A stretch of DNA of 64,000 nucleotides from Candidatus Dojkabacteria bacterium (lineage in GTDB: Bacteria; Patescibacteriota; Dojkabacteria; SC72): positions 522,231 to 586,230 of the forward strand of contig JAGPFQ010000001.1 in NCBI GenBank assembly GCA_018056375.1, read 5' to 3'. The notes below the pieces were generated by a model. That model was not told the origin of the DNA, did no database searches, and worked only from the letters and a program-made list of their open reading frames with translations. This document shows positions 18,747 to 28,808 of the stretch, in pieces; the stretch's first letter is position 1; every line of letters begins with the position of its first letter. Position numbers and translations under genes: made by a program.

Positions 18747-20537
18747 GTGGGAGAGGTAAAAAGAGTTACAACAACAAAGAAATCTAACAAGCTAATCAGA
18801 ACACTTTTAATTGTTGTTGGAATTTTAGGACTAATATTAATATTAGTCGCCATCTATTTCTATGCAATAAAACCAACACAAGAGGAAAAGACTGAAGCTA
18901 AAAGAGAATGTGCTTGTTACTACATAGACCCTACAGTTGTACCTGAATGTGGTGACCCAAGAAAAGGGTTTATGTTTAAGACAAGTACTGTTTCTGGTAC
19001 ACAGTCCTGTGCAAGTGCTTGTCCTATAAGTAACTTACCAATAACAGAACTCAAAAGTACAACAAAACAGGAAGACTATCTCAATTGTGCTATTCAAACC
19101 CTACAAGATACCAGATGTGCAGAAATGATTGTTACAGATGAGACTGGTAAGATAATTACAGGTAATATTGATGCTACCGATCAAGTTAAAGTAATTGCAA
19201 AATTTGACAAAGCATATAAAAATACAACATTCCTACTTAATAATGCATCTGTTGAGCCAGACACAGTATCAGAAGATGGCACCACCATAGAAAAAACTTT
19301 TTCTGATTTTACAACTCCCGCACTTGATATAGTAGCAACAGCAGAAGATGAAACAGGAGAAAAGATTAACTCTATCCTTTGTAAAAGGTTACTCACAGTA
19401 AAACAAAGTGGCTCTACTGCAGTTACAAGTCTTCTAATAGAAAAACGGGTGGAAGATGATGAAACTACGAAAATATCTAAGGCTTCCATTAGAATAGCTA
19501 ATATTGTAGACAGTGAGGATATCAATATACTTTTCTCATTTGGAGGTGACACTTTCTCCAACTTATCAATGACTAAGGGTTTTGTTGTAGACAAAGAAAA
19601 AGGTAACATATCAATACTTGAACAAGAACTTTACAATAACGAAAACTTTGTTGAAGATTTAAGTTTCTCTCAGTTTAATGAATACTTTGGAGACTTAAAA
19701 GTTACTGCTGAAGTGTTAGAAGGAGATAATCCTCTAGGTAAAGCATCTACCAATGTAACATTTACCAAGAAAGAGATAGAAATACCAGAAGAACAACCTT
19801 CAGGGCAAGAACCAGAACCTCAACTACAAGAAGACGAGGAAGAAGAGTCTAATTTTGCAATAACAATTTCTAATGAAGCCGAGTGTATTGATAGAGTAGA
19901 ACCAAACAACAGTGTCCTATTTACAATAACCATAAAAAATAATGCAACTACTTCACAAAAGATACTTTCTGTTAAAAATAAGTTACCTTTAGGTTTTGCT
20001 TATCTAAATGGTTCTTCAAAAATCAATGAGGTTGAAATAATTGATACCGACTATATGCAAATTAATCAAATCGGAGACACAGAGGTATTATCATGGCAAA
20101 TAGAAGAAGGATGGGATATCAAATCAACAGAACAAATAGTAATAGTCTTTAAAGCTATAGCTGGAGAGAATGCACTGACAGGTGAAAATACAAATGAAGT
20201 AGTAATAGAACCAGAACAAGTTCCTGTATCTCCAGACACATTAAGAGCCTCTTCTACTATAAATGTAGTACAATCCTGTGTACCCACTGAAGAAGGTGGG
20301 GCTCCAGCAACACCTGAGACAGGTATCTTTGACAATATAATCGTTCAAGTTACTTTAGGTGTACTTATCGTATTCTTCGGTTGGTACATTTACACAAAAC
20401 CATTTGGACAGGTTATCATAAAAAAGTTGGTAGATTCAGAAGCTTACAAAGGTGCGGAAATGGGTATATGGAGAATCTTCAAACCAAGAAAGTATTTCGA
20501 AGAAATAATTGTCAAGAAAAGCAATAAAAAGAAGTAA
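18747..20537 (+). CDS. Surface protein with Cys-rich N-terminal region, DUF11 (conserved repeat) domain and a C-terminal xPETG + hydrophobic + basic tail (candidate sortase substrate)
   Basis: N-terminal signal anchor. DUF11-like segment (CIDRVEPNNSVLFTITIKNNATTSQKILSVKNKLPLGFAYLNGSS). C-terminus ...GGAPATPETG-IFDNIIVQVTLGVLIVFFGWYIY-TKP...KKSNKKK. Confidence 0.5.
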   Translation: MGEVKRVTTTKKSNKLIRTLLIVVGILGLILILVAIYFYAIKPTQEEKTEAKRECACYYIDPTVVPECGDPRKGFMFKTSTVSGTQSCASACPISNLPITELKSTTKQEDYLNCAIQTLQDTRCAEMIVTDETGKIITGNIDATDQVKVIAKFDKAYKNTTFLLNNASVEPDTVSEDGTTIEKTFSDFTTPALDIVATAEDETGEKINSILCKRLLTVKQSGSTAVTSLLIEKRVEDDETTKISKASIRIANIVDSEDINILFSFGGDTFSNLSMTKGFVVDKEKGNISILEQELYNNENFVEDLSFSQFNEYFGDLKVTAEVLEGDNPLGKASTNVTFTKKEIEIPEEQPSGQEPEPQLQEDEEEESNFAITISNEAECIDRVEPNNSVLFTITIKNNATTSQKILSVKNKLPLGFAYLNGSSKINEVEIIDTDYMQINQIGDTEVLSWQIEEGWDIKSTEQIVIVFKAIAGENALTGENTNEVVIEPEQVPVSPDTLRASSTINVVQSCVPTEEGGAPATPETGIFDNIIVQVTLGVLIVFFGWYIYTKPFGQVIIKKLVDSEAYKGAEMGIWRIFKPRKYFEEIIVKKSNKKK

Positions 20538-20538
20538 A

Positions 20539-20955
20539 CTAAAGATCTTCCAAAAGAAATTCTAATGGAGAGCCATCTCTAGCATAACCTTTGTTATCAG
20601 AATTGATTATAAAAAAGTATCTCTCCTTAGCCAAAAGCTTTTCTAATAAAACCTCATGTTCAGTTGACTTTGCAACATTCTCTATATTCAACCCTATTCT
20701 ATTCAAATCTTCTCTATCTAAACCATATTGAACAAACCCTGAACACTTTTCCTTTGTCATCCATTTTATCCTAACAGAAAAATTATCATCTCCTTTTTCA
20801 AGAAGTAAATTATATGGAGTACAACCTTCCTGTTTTGTAAAAAGAGAATCATAACTCTTGACATTACTCTTAAAAAATAAAAAAGTAGAGATAGCTACAA
20901 TAACTAGAGCAATACCTACAAACAGACTAAAAATTTTAATCTTCATCTTTATCAA
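20539..20955 (-). CDS. Hypothetical membrane-anchored protein
   Basis: ORF with an N-terminal TM helix. No recognisable domain. Confidence 0.3.
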   Translation of the reverse strand: MIKMKIKIFSLFVGIALVIVAISTFLFFKSNVKSYDSLFTKQEGCTPYNLLLEKGDDNFSVRIKWMTKEKCSGFVQYGLDREDLNRIGLNIENVAKSTEHEVLLEKLLAKERYFFIINSDNKGYARDGSPLEFLLEDL

Positions 20956-21373
20956 CTATCAAAATATAATTATCCTGGCTAGAAGAATTATACCCATCAG
21001 AAACTCTTAATACAAAATTCACAGTCTCCCCTACAGCATCAACTGGAATATACCCCCTAACAACATTATCTAACCCTAAAGTAAGCCATTCTGGAGCGGA
21101 AACAAGCTCAAGTGTAAGATATTCAATATCAGTATCATTATCCATAACTTTAGGAAAATATTCATACAGTTCACCTACAGTGGCAAACATAGGAGGTACA
21201 GATATAATCTTAGGAATAGCTGTTACTTCAACAACCTCTTCCACAACATCCTCCTTTACTCCCAATATCTCCTCTGAATCCCTGTCAAGATACAGATAAA
21301 CAGTTGAAAACCCTAAAAGAAAAACTATAAAAAGAACGCTTATTAGAATCTTCATTTTCCTACTTTCTTCCAT
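20936..21373 (-). CDS. Hypothetical secreted protein with a putative Ig-like fold
   Basis: Signal anchor. LTLELVSAPEWLTLG...VNFVLRVSDG resembles putative Ig / cadherin-like domain repeats. Confidence 0.3.
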   Translation of the reverse strand: MEESRKMKILISVLFIVFLLGFSTVYLYLDRDSEEILGVKEDVVEEVVEVTAIPKIISVPPMFATVGELYEYFPKVMDNDTDIEYLTLELVSAPEWLTLGLDNVVRGYIPVDAVGETVNFVLRVSDGYNSSSQDNYILIVDKDED

Positions 21374-21461
21374 AGTAAAAGGATAACATAAAAACCAATG
21401 TTTACAAATACTACAAGAATGTATATAATACCTTGATTAATAAATAATATTTACAAACAAA

Positions 21462-21758
21462 ATGCCAAATTTAAAAGCTTCTAAAAAAGATTTAAGAGCA
21501 ACTCGAAGAAGAACAGAGATTAATGATAGACTTCGAAACAGAATTAAGAAGGCGACAAAAAAGCAAAACACCTTAGTTCAAGAAGGAAGTCTAGAAGAAG
21601 GAAAAAAGAACATAAAGCATGTCTACAAAGTTCTTGACAAAGCAGCTAAGAAGAATGTTATTAAAAAAGGTAAGGCTGATAGGGTTAAATCCAGACTTAC
21701 AAAAAATTTAAACAAACTTGCCCAAGTTGATGTCAAAACTGCTAAGAAGAATTCTTAA
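21462..21758 (+). CDS. rpsT: 30S ribosomal protein S20
   Basis: MPNLKASKKDLRATRRRTEINDRLRNRIKKATKK, typical S20 basic helical N-terminus. Confidence 0.85.
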   Translation: MPNLKASKKDLRATRRRTEINDRLRNRIKKATKKQNTLVQEGSLEEGKKNIKHVYKVLDKAAKKNVIKKGKADRVKSRLTKNLNKLAQVDVKTAKKNS

Positions 21759-21786
21759 AATCTCTGTAACTCCTGCTATATTAATG

Positions 21787-22278
21787 ATAGCTGGGAAATT
21801 ACTCGGAATAATAATTGCTAACGTGGTTTATCACCTCGATTTTTTCATAGACAATCAGATTAGAGGTATATTCTCTATCCAACTCTACTACACCAATCCT
21901 TCAACAACACTCTTAGTAAACTCATACTCAAATCTTTTTATGGTGATATGCCTTGCAGTACCAACACTGTATTTCATCATTAAAACATCTGTCTATCAAT
22001 CTAGTTTACAAAATCCAAAAACTATTGTTAAGATTACCAATTTTAATATTCTTAAATGGATTACAAAAGACGATACATCATTTCTCAAGATATTCATTTG
22101 GGGTTCATTCCTAGTCGTTGCATGCTTGATTGTAGTTGCACAAACAATACAAGGTATGACATACCAATGGATTGGTATTCTAGCTGGAGTACTAGCTGTC
22201 TTCTCTATCTGGGGAACCATAAAGACATACGAGACAGAAATTGATAAAATATACCCAAGAGAGGATAAACTTTACTAA
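21787..22278 (+). CDS. Hypothetical polytopic membrane protein
   Basis: Several hydrophobic helices. Start moved to the internal Met to avoid overlap with rpsT (the ORF track starts at 21718). Confidence 0.3.
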   Translation: MAGKLLGIIIANVVYHLDFFIDNQIRGIFSIQLYYTNPSTTLLVNSYSNLFMVICLAVPTLYFIIKTSVYQSSLQNPKTIVKITNFNILKWITKDDTSFLKIFIWGSFLVVACLIVVAQTIQGMTYQWIGILAGVLAVFSIWGTIKTYETEIDKIYPREDKLY

Positions 22279-22284
22279 CCATAT

Positions 22285-22836
22285 ATGAAAAAGAAGAAAA
22301 ATCTACTACCACAACTTTTAGAACCATTAGCTATTGTAGTTCTCTTAGGTCTCTTCATTATCCCTACCCTCACAGTCATAAACCTCTCCCCTATCACACA
22401 AGATAATAAACAGATAGATGTCCTAGGTGTTACAAGTGATGACACTGGTTTAGTGGTTAACATAGTGGGAGGAATACACAATATCTTTAAAAATGAAGTT
22501 TTAGAGCAAAAACCTTTTGGAGAGTACCAATATACTAGTACTATTTCCAAAAGAAAGGGAAAAGAAGTTTATTCTAAACCTATCTTAGAAATAAAAAACG
22601 AAACCAGTGTAGAAAGGAGTGTTCTTCTCTATGGATATATTAATAATAGTAGAAATACACATCTTGCTATAAACGTTGGGAAAGATAAGTATGTTTTAAA
22701 TGATAGTAATAATCAAGCATATACAAGAGAGATTAGTATTAAACCAGGAGAAAGAAAGGTCCTCTATCTAGAAACAAAGAATGAGGAAAAAGTGTTTTTT
22801 GATCAAGAGTTTGTTTTAGACATCTCAGTGAAGTAA
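22285..22836 (+). CDS. Hypothetical secreted/membrane-anchored protein
   Basis: N-terminal TM or signal. No recognisable domain. Confidence 0.3.
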   Translation: MKKKKNLLPQLLEPLAIVVLLGLFIIPTLTVINLSPITQDNKQIDVLGVTSDDTGLVVNIVGGIHNIFKNEVLEQKPFGEYQYTSTISKRKGKEVYSKPILEIKNETSVERSVLLYGYINNSRNTHLAINVGKDKYVLNDSNNQAYTREISIKPGERKVLYLETKNEEKVFFDQEFVLDISVK

Positions 22837-22848
22837 CTTCACTAAACT

Positions 22849-23730
22849 ATGACAGAAGCGACTAGAACTGAAAACAAAAATCTTTGGCATTCACAAAACT
22901 TCCTATATGATTCCCTATTCATAGAATCTCTAGTAGCTATGACAAGCATTGACAAGAATGATACGATAGTAGAGATTGGTTCTGGAAAAGGAATTATTAC
23001 ACAAGAACTAGCTAAACAAGCACACAAAGTTATAGCAATAGAATTAGATTCTTCACTTGCTGAAGAATTAAGAAAAAAGTTCATAGAATCTAAAAATACT
23101 GAGATAATTGAAACCGATTTTTTGAAATGGCCTAATCCTAAATTCAAATACAAAGTCTTCTCCAATATACCATTTGAATACACAAGTCGAATAATGGATA
23201 AATTACTTCTATCTCCTAATTCTCCAGAAGATACATATCTAATAATGCAAGATTTAGCAGCAAAAAGATATATAGGTTATCCACTTGGAAAGAATTCACA
23301 AATATCTTTACTTCTACAACCATTTTATGAGATGAGTATTCTTACCAATATTGACAGAAAACAATATAAGCCTGTCCCAAATGTAGATACTGTTCTAGCC
23401 CAATTCCATAAAAGAGAACAACCACTTGTAGATAAAAAACTAGAACAAGATTATAGAGATTTTGTAATATATGGGTATAATCAATGGAAACCAACAATAT
23501 TACAAGCATATGATAAGGTTCTTTCATATAAACAACAGACTATTCTAGAAAAGAATTTACATATTAAAAATAAAAAACCTTCTGAATTAAATATTAATGA
23601 GTGGATTTCTTTGTTTAAAACATATATGCGATATGTCTCTGATGAGAAAAAGAATTTGGTAAGAGGAAGTGAGAGATGTTTACGAAGTAAACAGAAGAAT
23701 ATAGAGAAAAGATATAAAACAAGAAGATAA
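22849..23730 (+). CDS. Erm-family rRNA adenine N6-methyltransferase-like protein (KsgA/Erm superfamily)
   Basis: HSQNFL (Erm SQNF vs KsgA GQNF), EIGSGKGIIT (SAM-binding), AIELD, YKVFSNIPFEYTS (NIPY-type catalytic motif), plus a roughly 50-aa basic C-terminal extension. Confidence 0.7.
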   Translation: MTEATRTENKNLWHSQNFLYDSLFIESLVAMTSIDKNDTIVEIGSGKGIITQELAKQAHKVIAIELDSSLAEELRKKFIESKNTEIIETDFLKWPNPKFKYKVFSNIPFEYTSRIMDKLLLSPNSPEDTYLIMQDLAAKRYIGYPLGKNSQISLLLQPFYEMSILTNIDRKQYKPVPNVDTVLAQFHKREQPLVDKKLEQDYRDFVIYGYNQWKPTILQAYDKVLSYKQQTILEKNLHIKNKKPSELNINEWISLFKTYMRYVSDEKKNLVRGSERCLRSKQKNIEKRYKTRR

Positions 23731-23779
23731 AAACATAAAGCCCTACAAAAAAACCTTTTCTTTAGATATAATCCATTGT

Positions 23780-25606
23780 ATGTCTAATTCAAAACCATTA
23801 GAACAAATTAGAAATTTTTCCATCATTGCTCATATAGATCATGGGAAATCTACTTTGGCAGATAGAATGTTGGAGGCAACACAGAATAGTAGTATCGCTA
23901 GAAAGAAGAGTAACAGAGTTTTGGATAAGCTAGATCTAGAACAAGAGAAGGGAATTACAATCAAGCTACAAGCATGCAAAATGACATGGAAAAATTATGA
24001 ATTGAATCTCATAGACACACCAGGACATGTAGATTTCTCTTACGAAGTTTCTAGATCCCTAGCTGCTTGTGAGTCTGCCCTACTCCTAGTAGATGCTAGT
24101 CAAGGAATACAAGCACAAACAATATCAAATACTAGAAAGGCTTTAGATTTAGGACTTACTTTAATTCCAGTATTAAACAAAATTGATCTACCAAATGTAA
24201 ATATTGAAGAAAGAGAAAAAGAAATAGAAGCATTGTTAGGTTTTAAGAAAGAAGAGATTGTTAAAGTATCTGGAAAGACGGGACAGGGTGTAGAAGAGTT
24301 GTTAGATAGAATAATTGAGAAGTCCCCTGCTCCAACAGGTGATGTTAATGCACCACTCAAAGCATTGGTTTTTGACTCCTTTTATGATGAACATAGAGGT
24401 GTTGTAATTGCAGTTAGAATATTTGATGGCTCATACAAATATGAACCAGGTAAAGCAAAGACTTTACACATGATTCAGAGAAAACAGTCATTCAAACCAA
24501 CAGAGATTGGTATATTCAATCCAGACTTAGAGGAGATTGATAAATTAGAGGCAGGAGAAGTTGGATATATTGCAACAGGAATGAAAGACATTAGTTTCTT
24601 CACAGTTGGAGATACTATCTCAGACAGAGAAGATACTACTCCACTCTCAGGATATCAGATACCTAAACCAAATATGTTTGCTACATTCTTCCCTACAGAC
24701 ACCGAGGATTACGAAGATTTAAAGACTGCATTGATTAAACTTTCACTAAATGATGCCTCTTTAGTATTTACAGATCAAAGATCCAATTTACTTGGTTCTG
24801 GATTTAGATGTGGTTTCTTAGGATTACTACATATGGAAATTATCCAAGAGAGATTAGAGAGAGAGTATGATATTGATTTGATTGTTACTGCTCCTACTGT
24901 TGAGTACCAAGTTACAAAAACAGATGGTGAGGAATTAGTCATACAGGCACCTCATGAACTACCAGATCCTGTCAATATTAAAGAGATTAGGGAACCTTGG
25001 GTTAGAGCTGAAATTATGACACCAGAGAAATATTTAGGAGATTTAATGAGTTTATGCCAATTCAAAAGAGGACAGTATGTCAATACAAAATACCTACACT
25101 CAAGTAGCAATGATATTCAACTTAAAGACCAATATATTGTTTTAGAGTATGATATGCCTCTTGTTTCTCTCATTTCTAATTTCTTTGATCAGATGAAGAA
25201 TATTTCTAGTGGATATGCTTCTATGGAATATGAATTTATTGATTATTTCCCTGCTGATATTGTAAAGGTCTCTATATTAGTAAACCACGAGGAGGTTTCT
25301 GTATTAGATTTTCTTGAAGTTAGAGAAAATGCTAGAGCAAAGTCTGTCAAACTCTTAGAAGTTATGAAAACCGTTATACCTAGACAACAGTTTGCCATTC
25401 CTCTTCAAGCTGCTATTGGTTCAACCATTATCGCAAGAGAAGATGTAAAAGCTTTTAGAAAAGATGTTACTGCTAAGTTGTATGGTGGTGACTATTCTAG
25501 AAAAAAGAAATTATTAGAAAAGCAAAAGAAAGGAAAGAAAAGATTGAAACAGATTGGACAGGTACATATTCCACAGGATGCATTCTTAGCTATACTGAAA
25601 ACGTAG
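23780..25606 (+). CDS. lepA: Elongation factor 4 (LepA)
   Basis: IRNFSIIAHIDHGKSTLADR, DTPGHVDF, NKIDLP, and the LepA-specific C-terminal domain. Confidence 0.95.
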   Translation: MSNSKPLEQIRNFSIIAHIDHGKSTLADRMLEATQNSSIARKKSNRVLDKLDLEQEKGITIKLQACKMTWKNYELNLIDTPGHVDFSYEVSRSLAACESALLLVDASQGIQAQTISNTRKALDLGLTLIPVLNKIDLPNVNIEEREKEIEALLGFKKEEIVKVSGKTGQGVEELLDRIIEKSPAPTGDVNAPLKALVFDSFYDEHRGVVIAVRIFDGSYKYEPGKAKTLHMIQRKQSFKPTEIGIFNPDLEEIDKLEAGEVGYIATGMKDISFFTVGDTISDREDTTPLSGYQIPKPNMFATFFPTDTEDYEDLKTALIKLSLNDASLVFTDQRSNLLGSGFRCGFLGLLHMEIIQERLEREYDIDLIVTAPTVEYQVTKTDGEELVIQAPHELPDPVNIKEIREPWVRAEIMTPEKYLGDLMSLCQFKRGQYVNTKYLHSSSNDIQLKDQYIVLEYDMPLVSLISNFFDQMKNISSGYASMEYEFIDYFPADIVKVSILVNHEEVSVLDFLEVRENARAKSVKLLEVMKTVIPRQQFAIPLQAAIGSTIIAREDVKAFRKDVTAKLYGGDYSRKKKLLEKQKKGKKRLKQIGQVHIPQDAFLAILKT

Positions 25607-25655
25607 TGTTCTGTTTTTTAGATAAATATCCACTATTCATATATAATTAAGACCT

Positions 25656-26714
25656 ATGGTCTCTAAAATAAAGCTAACCAACTTTAGAAAATTCAAAAAC
25701 TTAGAATTAGATATTGATAAAGATATAGTAGTATTACATGGTGATAATGCTGTTGGTAAAAGTACAATACTAGAAGCAATATCCTTAATTACAAATGGAA
25801 AATCTCCCTGGGCTAGCACAGATGAATATATCTCTACCAATCAAGAAGAAGAAACATCATTCTGTAGAATTGAAATTACAACAAAAGAAGATGGTGAAGA
25901 AAAGACATATTCATATTACAAAACAAATTCAAGAAGAATATTGAAAATCAATGACACAAACACACCGATAAAGAAGTTTTTTGAAGAGACAGCATCTACA
26001 ATATTTAATCCAGAGAAAATTGAAATACTAATGATATCACCAAGTAAAAGGAGAGAGTTTTTAGATGAAATAATATCTACCTTAGATTATGAATATGTAG
26101 AAATACTCAAACAATTTAGAAAAGTTCTTAAACAAAGAAACGCATACCTTAAAAAGTTATCTAAACAGTTCTATGACAAAGGTATTATCGCTAGAAATGA
26201 CCCTCAACTTAATTTCTGGACAAATGAGTTTCTAAAGTCTGCTAAGAAGATACAAGAGATGAGAGAGAGATTATCAAAGAGAATGAAGACTAAGGAATTA
26301 AAGATTGAATACATTAAATCAAATGGTGATATTGCTCTAGAAGATGCTTTAGAGAATTCAAAGAAAAGAGATATTGCTACTGGATATACTAATATTGGAC
26401 CACACAGAGATGATTGGGAGTTAATTAATAAATTTAGTATTAAAAAATATGGATCTAGGGGTGAAAAAAGACTGTCTATCGGTAAATTAATATTTGAGGT
26501 GCAGAAGATTATGAAGAAAGAACTTGGCTATTACCCTATTCTTCTTCTTGATGATATTGCTTCTGAGTTAGATAAAAAGAATACAGCAGAGATATTTAAA
26601 CCTGAGATATTAAATAAACAACAGACATTTATTACAATTATTGATTACAAGAACCTTCCTAAAGATGTAATACAAAATGCACAGTTAATTAATTTGAATG
26701 ATTTTCAACTTTAA
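25656..26714 (+). CDS. recF: DNA replication and repair protein RecF
   Basis: IKLTNFRKFKNLELDIDKDIVVLHGDNAVGKSTILEAISL (Walker A), signature/Walker B LLLDDIASELD. Confidence 0.75.
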   Translation: MVSKIKLTNFRKFKNLELDIDKDIVVLHGDNAVGKSTILEAISLITNGKSPWASTDEYISTNQEEETSFCRIEITTKEDGEEKTYSYYKTNSRRILKINDTNTPIKKFFEETASTIFNPEKIEILMISPSKRREFLDEIISTLDYEYVEILKQFRKVLKQRNAYLKKLSKQFYDKGIIARNDPQLNFWTNEFLKSAKKIQEMRERLSKRMKTKELKIEYIKSNGDIALEDALENSKKRDIATGYTNIGPHRDDWELINKFSIKKYGSRGEKRLSIGKLIFEVQKIMKKELGYYPILLLDDIASELDKKNTAEIFKPEILNKQQTFITIIDYKNLPKDVIQNAQLINLNDFQL

Positions 26715-27784
26715 ATTTCATCAATCATTGATTTAAGATCCGAGGAGGAGATTGGCTGTCTTGCCAATTTTTCCTGTTTTGCTATATTGGAAGCTTCTGC
26801 AAATTCCTTTAGTAATCCCTTAAGATTCACACCATGTATTTTGTCATTAAGTCCATCCTTCATAAACATGGCCCAGTAGAAGTTTGTATCCTTTTCTGAT
26901 GAGATAACATTACCCTCTCGATCCGTAATTTGACCCTCATTTGTGAATCCTCTATCAGGGAAAAGTTCTACATTGCTAAATTTGGTTTGAAATCCATCCA
27001 AGTTTTTAGAGTTTTCCCCCTTGGATATAATATGTCTATATATGGTCTCATAATCTTCTTCTGGTCTCCCTTCAAAAACCCCTCCTATAACTGAATAAAT
27101 CATACCCCTCTTTGTCAGCATTATGAAAGAATTGTTATATAAAATGGCTTCACTTAAATTTTTAGGGGAAGAAAACTCCTCACTGATACCAACACTACTA
27201 GTTAATTCTTTCTTTTTCGATGCAAATACGCCTCTTTCAAAAATCAGAGCTTCTTCACCATCAGAGAACTTCATTTGTCTAAATGCTCCTTCAAATTTCG
27301 GTTCATTTTTAAGAATTTCAATTATCTCTAAATTTCTTTTTTCACTTTCATTTGTTACATATTCTCTTTCTGTTGGGGTACTTTCTTGTTGTTTACGTAA
27401 ATCTTCATACATTTGTCTCATACCTTCACTCACATAAGCTCCATCCTCCCTAAAGAAACTATATGGTTTGCCTATGTCCCGATAATCTACATTACCGCCT
27501 AAAGGTACACTTGTCGATTTACCTCCTTCATACGGTAAGATTTTAATTTCTGATTTAGTTCCTGCTCTTGGTAACGGTACAAAACCTCCATTTTCTTGAT
27601 TTACTTCCGCTGGTACAAAAGTACCATCAACCATCGTTCCAAATTGCATGTCATTTAGTGTGAATCTCTTATCTTCTCCACCCTCTTGAGTGAGTGGTTG
27701 TGATGTAGTATGACCCTCCCCTTCTTGACCTACAGGAGTAAAATCACTTTTATCTTCTGTTGTTGATAGTTCTGGGCTATCCAT
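26711..27784 (-). CDS. Hypothetical protein (acidic N-terminus, no recognisable domain)
   Basis: Long ORF with good coding character. No motif recognised. Confidence 0.3.
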   Translation of the reverse strand: MDSPELSTTEDKSDFTPVGQEGEGHTTSQPLTQEGGEDKRFTLNDMQFGTMVDGTFVPAEVNQENGGFVPLPRAGTKSEIKILPYEGGKSTSVPLGGNVDYRDIGKPYSFFREDGAYVSEGMRQMYEDLRKQQESTPTEREYVTNESEKRNLEIIEILKNEPKFEGAFRQMKFSDGEEALIFERGVFASKKKELTSSVGISEEFSSPKNLSEAILYNNSFIMLTKRGMIYSVIGGVFEGRPEEDYETIYRHIISKGENSKNLDGFQTKFSNVELFPDRGFTNEGQITDREGNVISSEKDTNFYWAMFMKDGLNDKIHGVNLKGLLKEFAEASNIAKQEKLARQPISSSDLKSMIDEI

Positions 27785-28022
27785 ATAATTAATAATACAT
27801 ACTACTCAAGTAGAGTTCAACTATTTAATCATAAAATGTTTTTTCTTTATTCACATTCCCAATTCTTATCACCACCTAGATTCCATCAAATACTCTGACA
27901 GCTGAAGTCCCTTACTAGCTTTATACTGTCTATAAAGGTCTTAGCAGTCCATATTCTCCTACTATATTCTAACCAAAAAAGAAAGAAATATGTATATACA
28001 TAACTAAAGACAACAAAATTTC

Positions 28023-28787
28023 TCAAAGGTTTTTAGTGCACGGAAATTCCTTGTTATAAACCTCTAACTTCTTCTCTCTAAACCTCTTTGGGAAAAACTC
28101 AATCCTACCTTTTTTTGAATTTTCCTGAATCCTTTGTAAATCAGGTCTGTGTTTTGCTAACTTCATATATATCAACTGAAGACAATAAAAAAGTTTGTTC
28201 AATATTTGCATGAGGATGTTTCCCTCTTTTTGGGGTTTAATTTTTGTAATCATAATATCCTTTTTGACTTTATATTCTGTGTCTAACCATTTGTTTTGAG
28301 AATATATGTAATTAATGTACTTCTCGTTATATATAGGAATTAAATACATTAATTCATTAAAATTGAACATGTCAGCATCAAATGTAAGACCCCTCTCTTC
28401 TGCTATTAGATTTAGACATAACTTGTCCTTAACATCTTTCTCACCCTTAATCCTTATCTTTCTATGAAAAATATTCTTTATCTTCACCAACGCTCTATAT
28501 AGCCACATTGTTCCATTCCTTGTTACAACAAAAACATCAATATCATCATCATCCTTGGCAAAACCACTTCCAACCGATCCAGATACACCTATGAATTTAA
28601 CAAAATTACCTACCAACAAAAAAGAGACATTCTTCTTAGCAACTTTTATTTTCTCCTCAGCATGGATCGTCTGCTTACTTTTAGATGCGCCTTTGTATAC
28701 TTTCCCCCATATTCTCATACATTCTCCTTTGGTGATATCCTTATTAAACAGAGAACGAAATTGTAGTAGCTTAGTGAACTTATCCAT
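28023..28787 (-). CDS. Pol-beta-superfamily nucleotidyltransferase, KNTase/ANT(4')-like architecture
   Basis: GVSGSVGSGFAKDDDDIDVFVV (the GS...DxD nucleotidyltransferase motif), followed by a helical C-terminal domain with LIPIYNEKYINYIY. Its 254 aa match the roughly 253 aa of kanamycin nucleotidyltransferase. Confidence 0.5.
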   Translation of the reverse strand: MDKFTKLLQFRSLFNKDITKGECMRIWGKVYKGASKSKQTIHAEEKIKVAKKNVSFLLVGNFVKFIGVSGSVGSGFAKDDDDIDVFVVTRNGTMWLYRALVKIKNIFHRKIRIKGEKDVKDKLCLNLIAEERGLTFDADMFNFNELMYLIPIYNEKYINYIYSQNKWLDTEYKVKKDIMITKIKPQKEGNILMQILNKLFYCLQLIYMKLAKHRPDLQRIQENSKKGRIEFFPKRFREKKLEVYNKEFPCTKNL

Positions 28788-28808
28788 CCTACAAATTATA
28801 TCTTATCT

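Noticed and set aside
26711-28787. CBASS-like CD-NTase plus effector pair (nucleotidyltransferase with the 357-aa hypothetical)
   Set aside because: The nucleotidyltransferase is short at 254 aa, with a KNTase-like helical C-domain. The two genes are separated by 238 bp, and the putative effector has no TM or nuclease motifs. No Cap-like genes are present.
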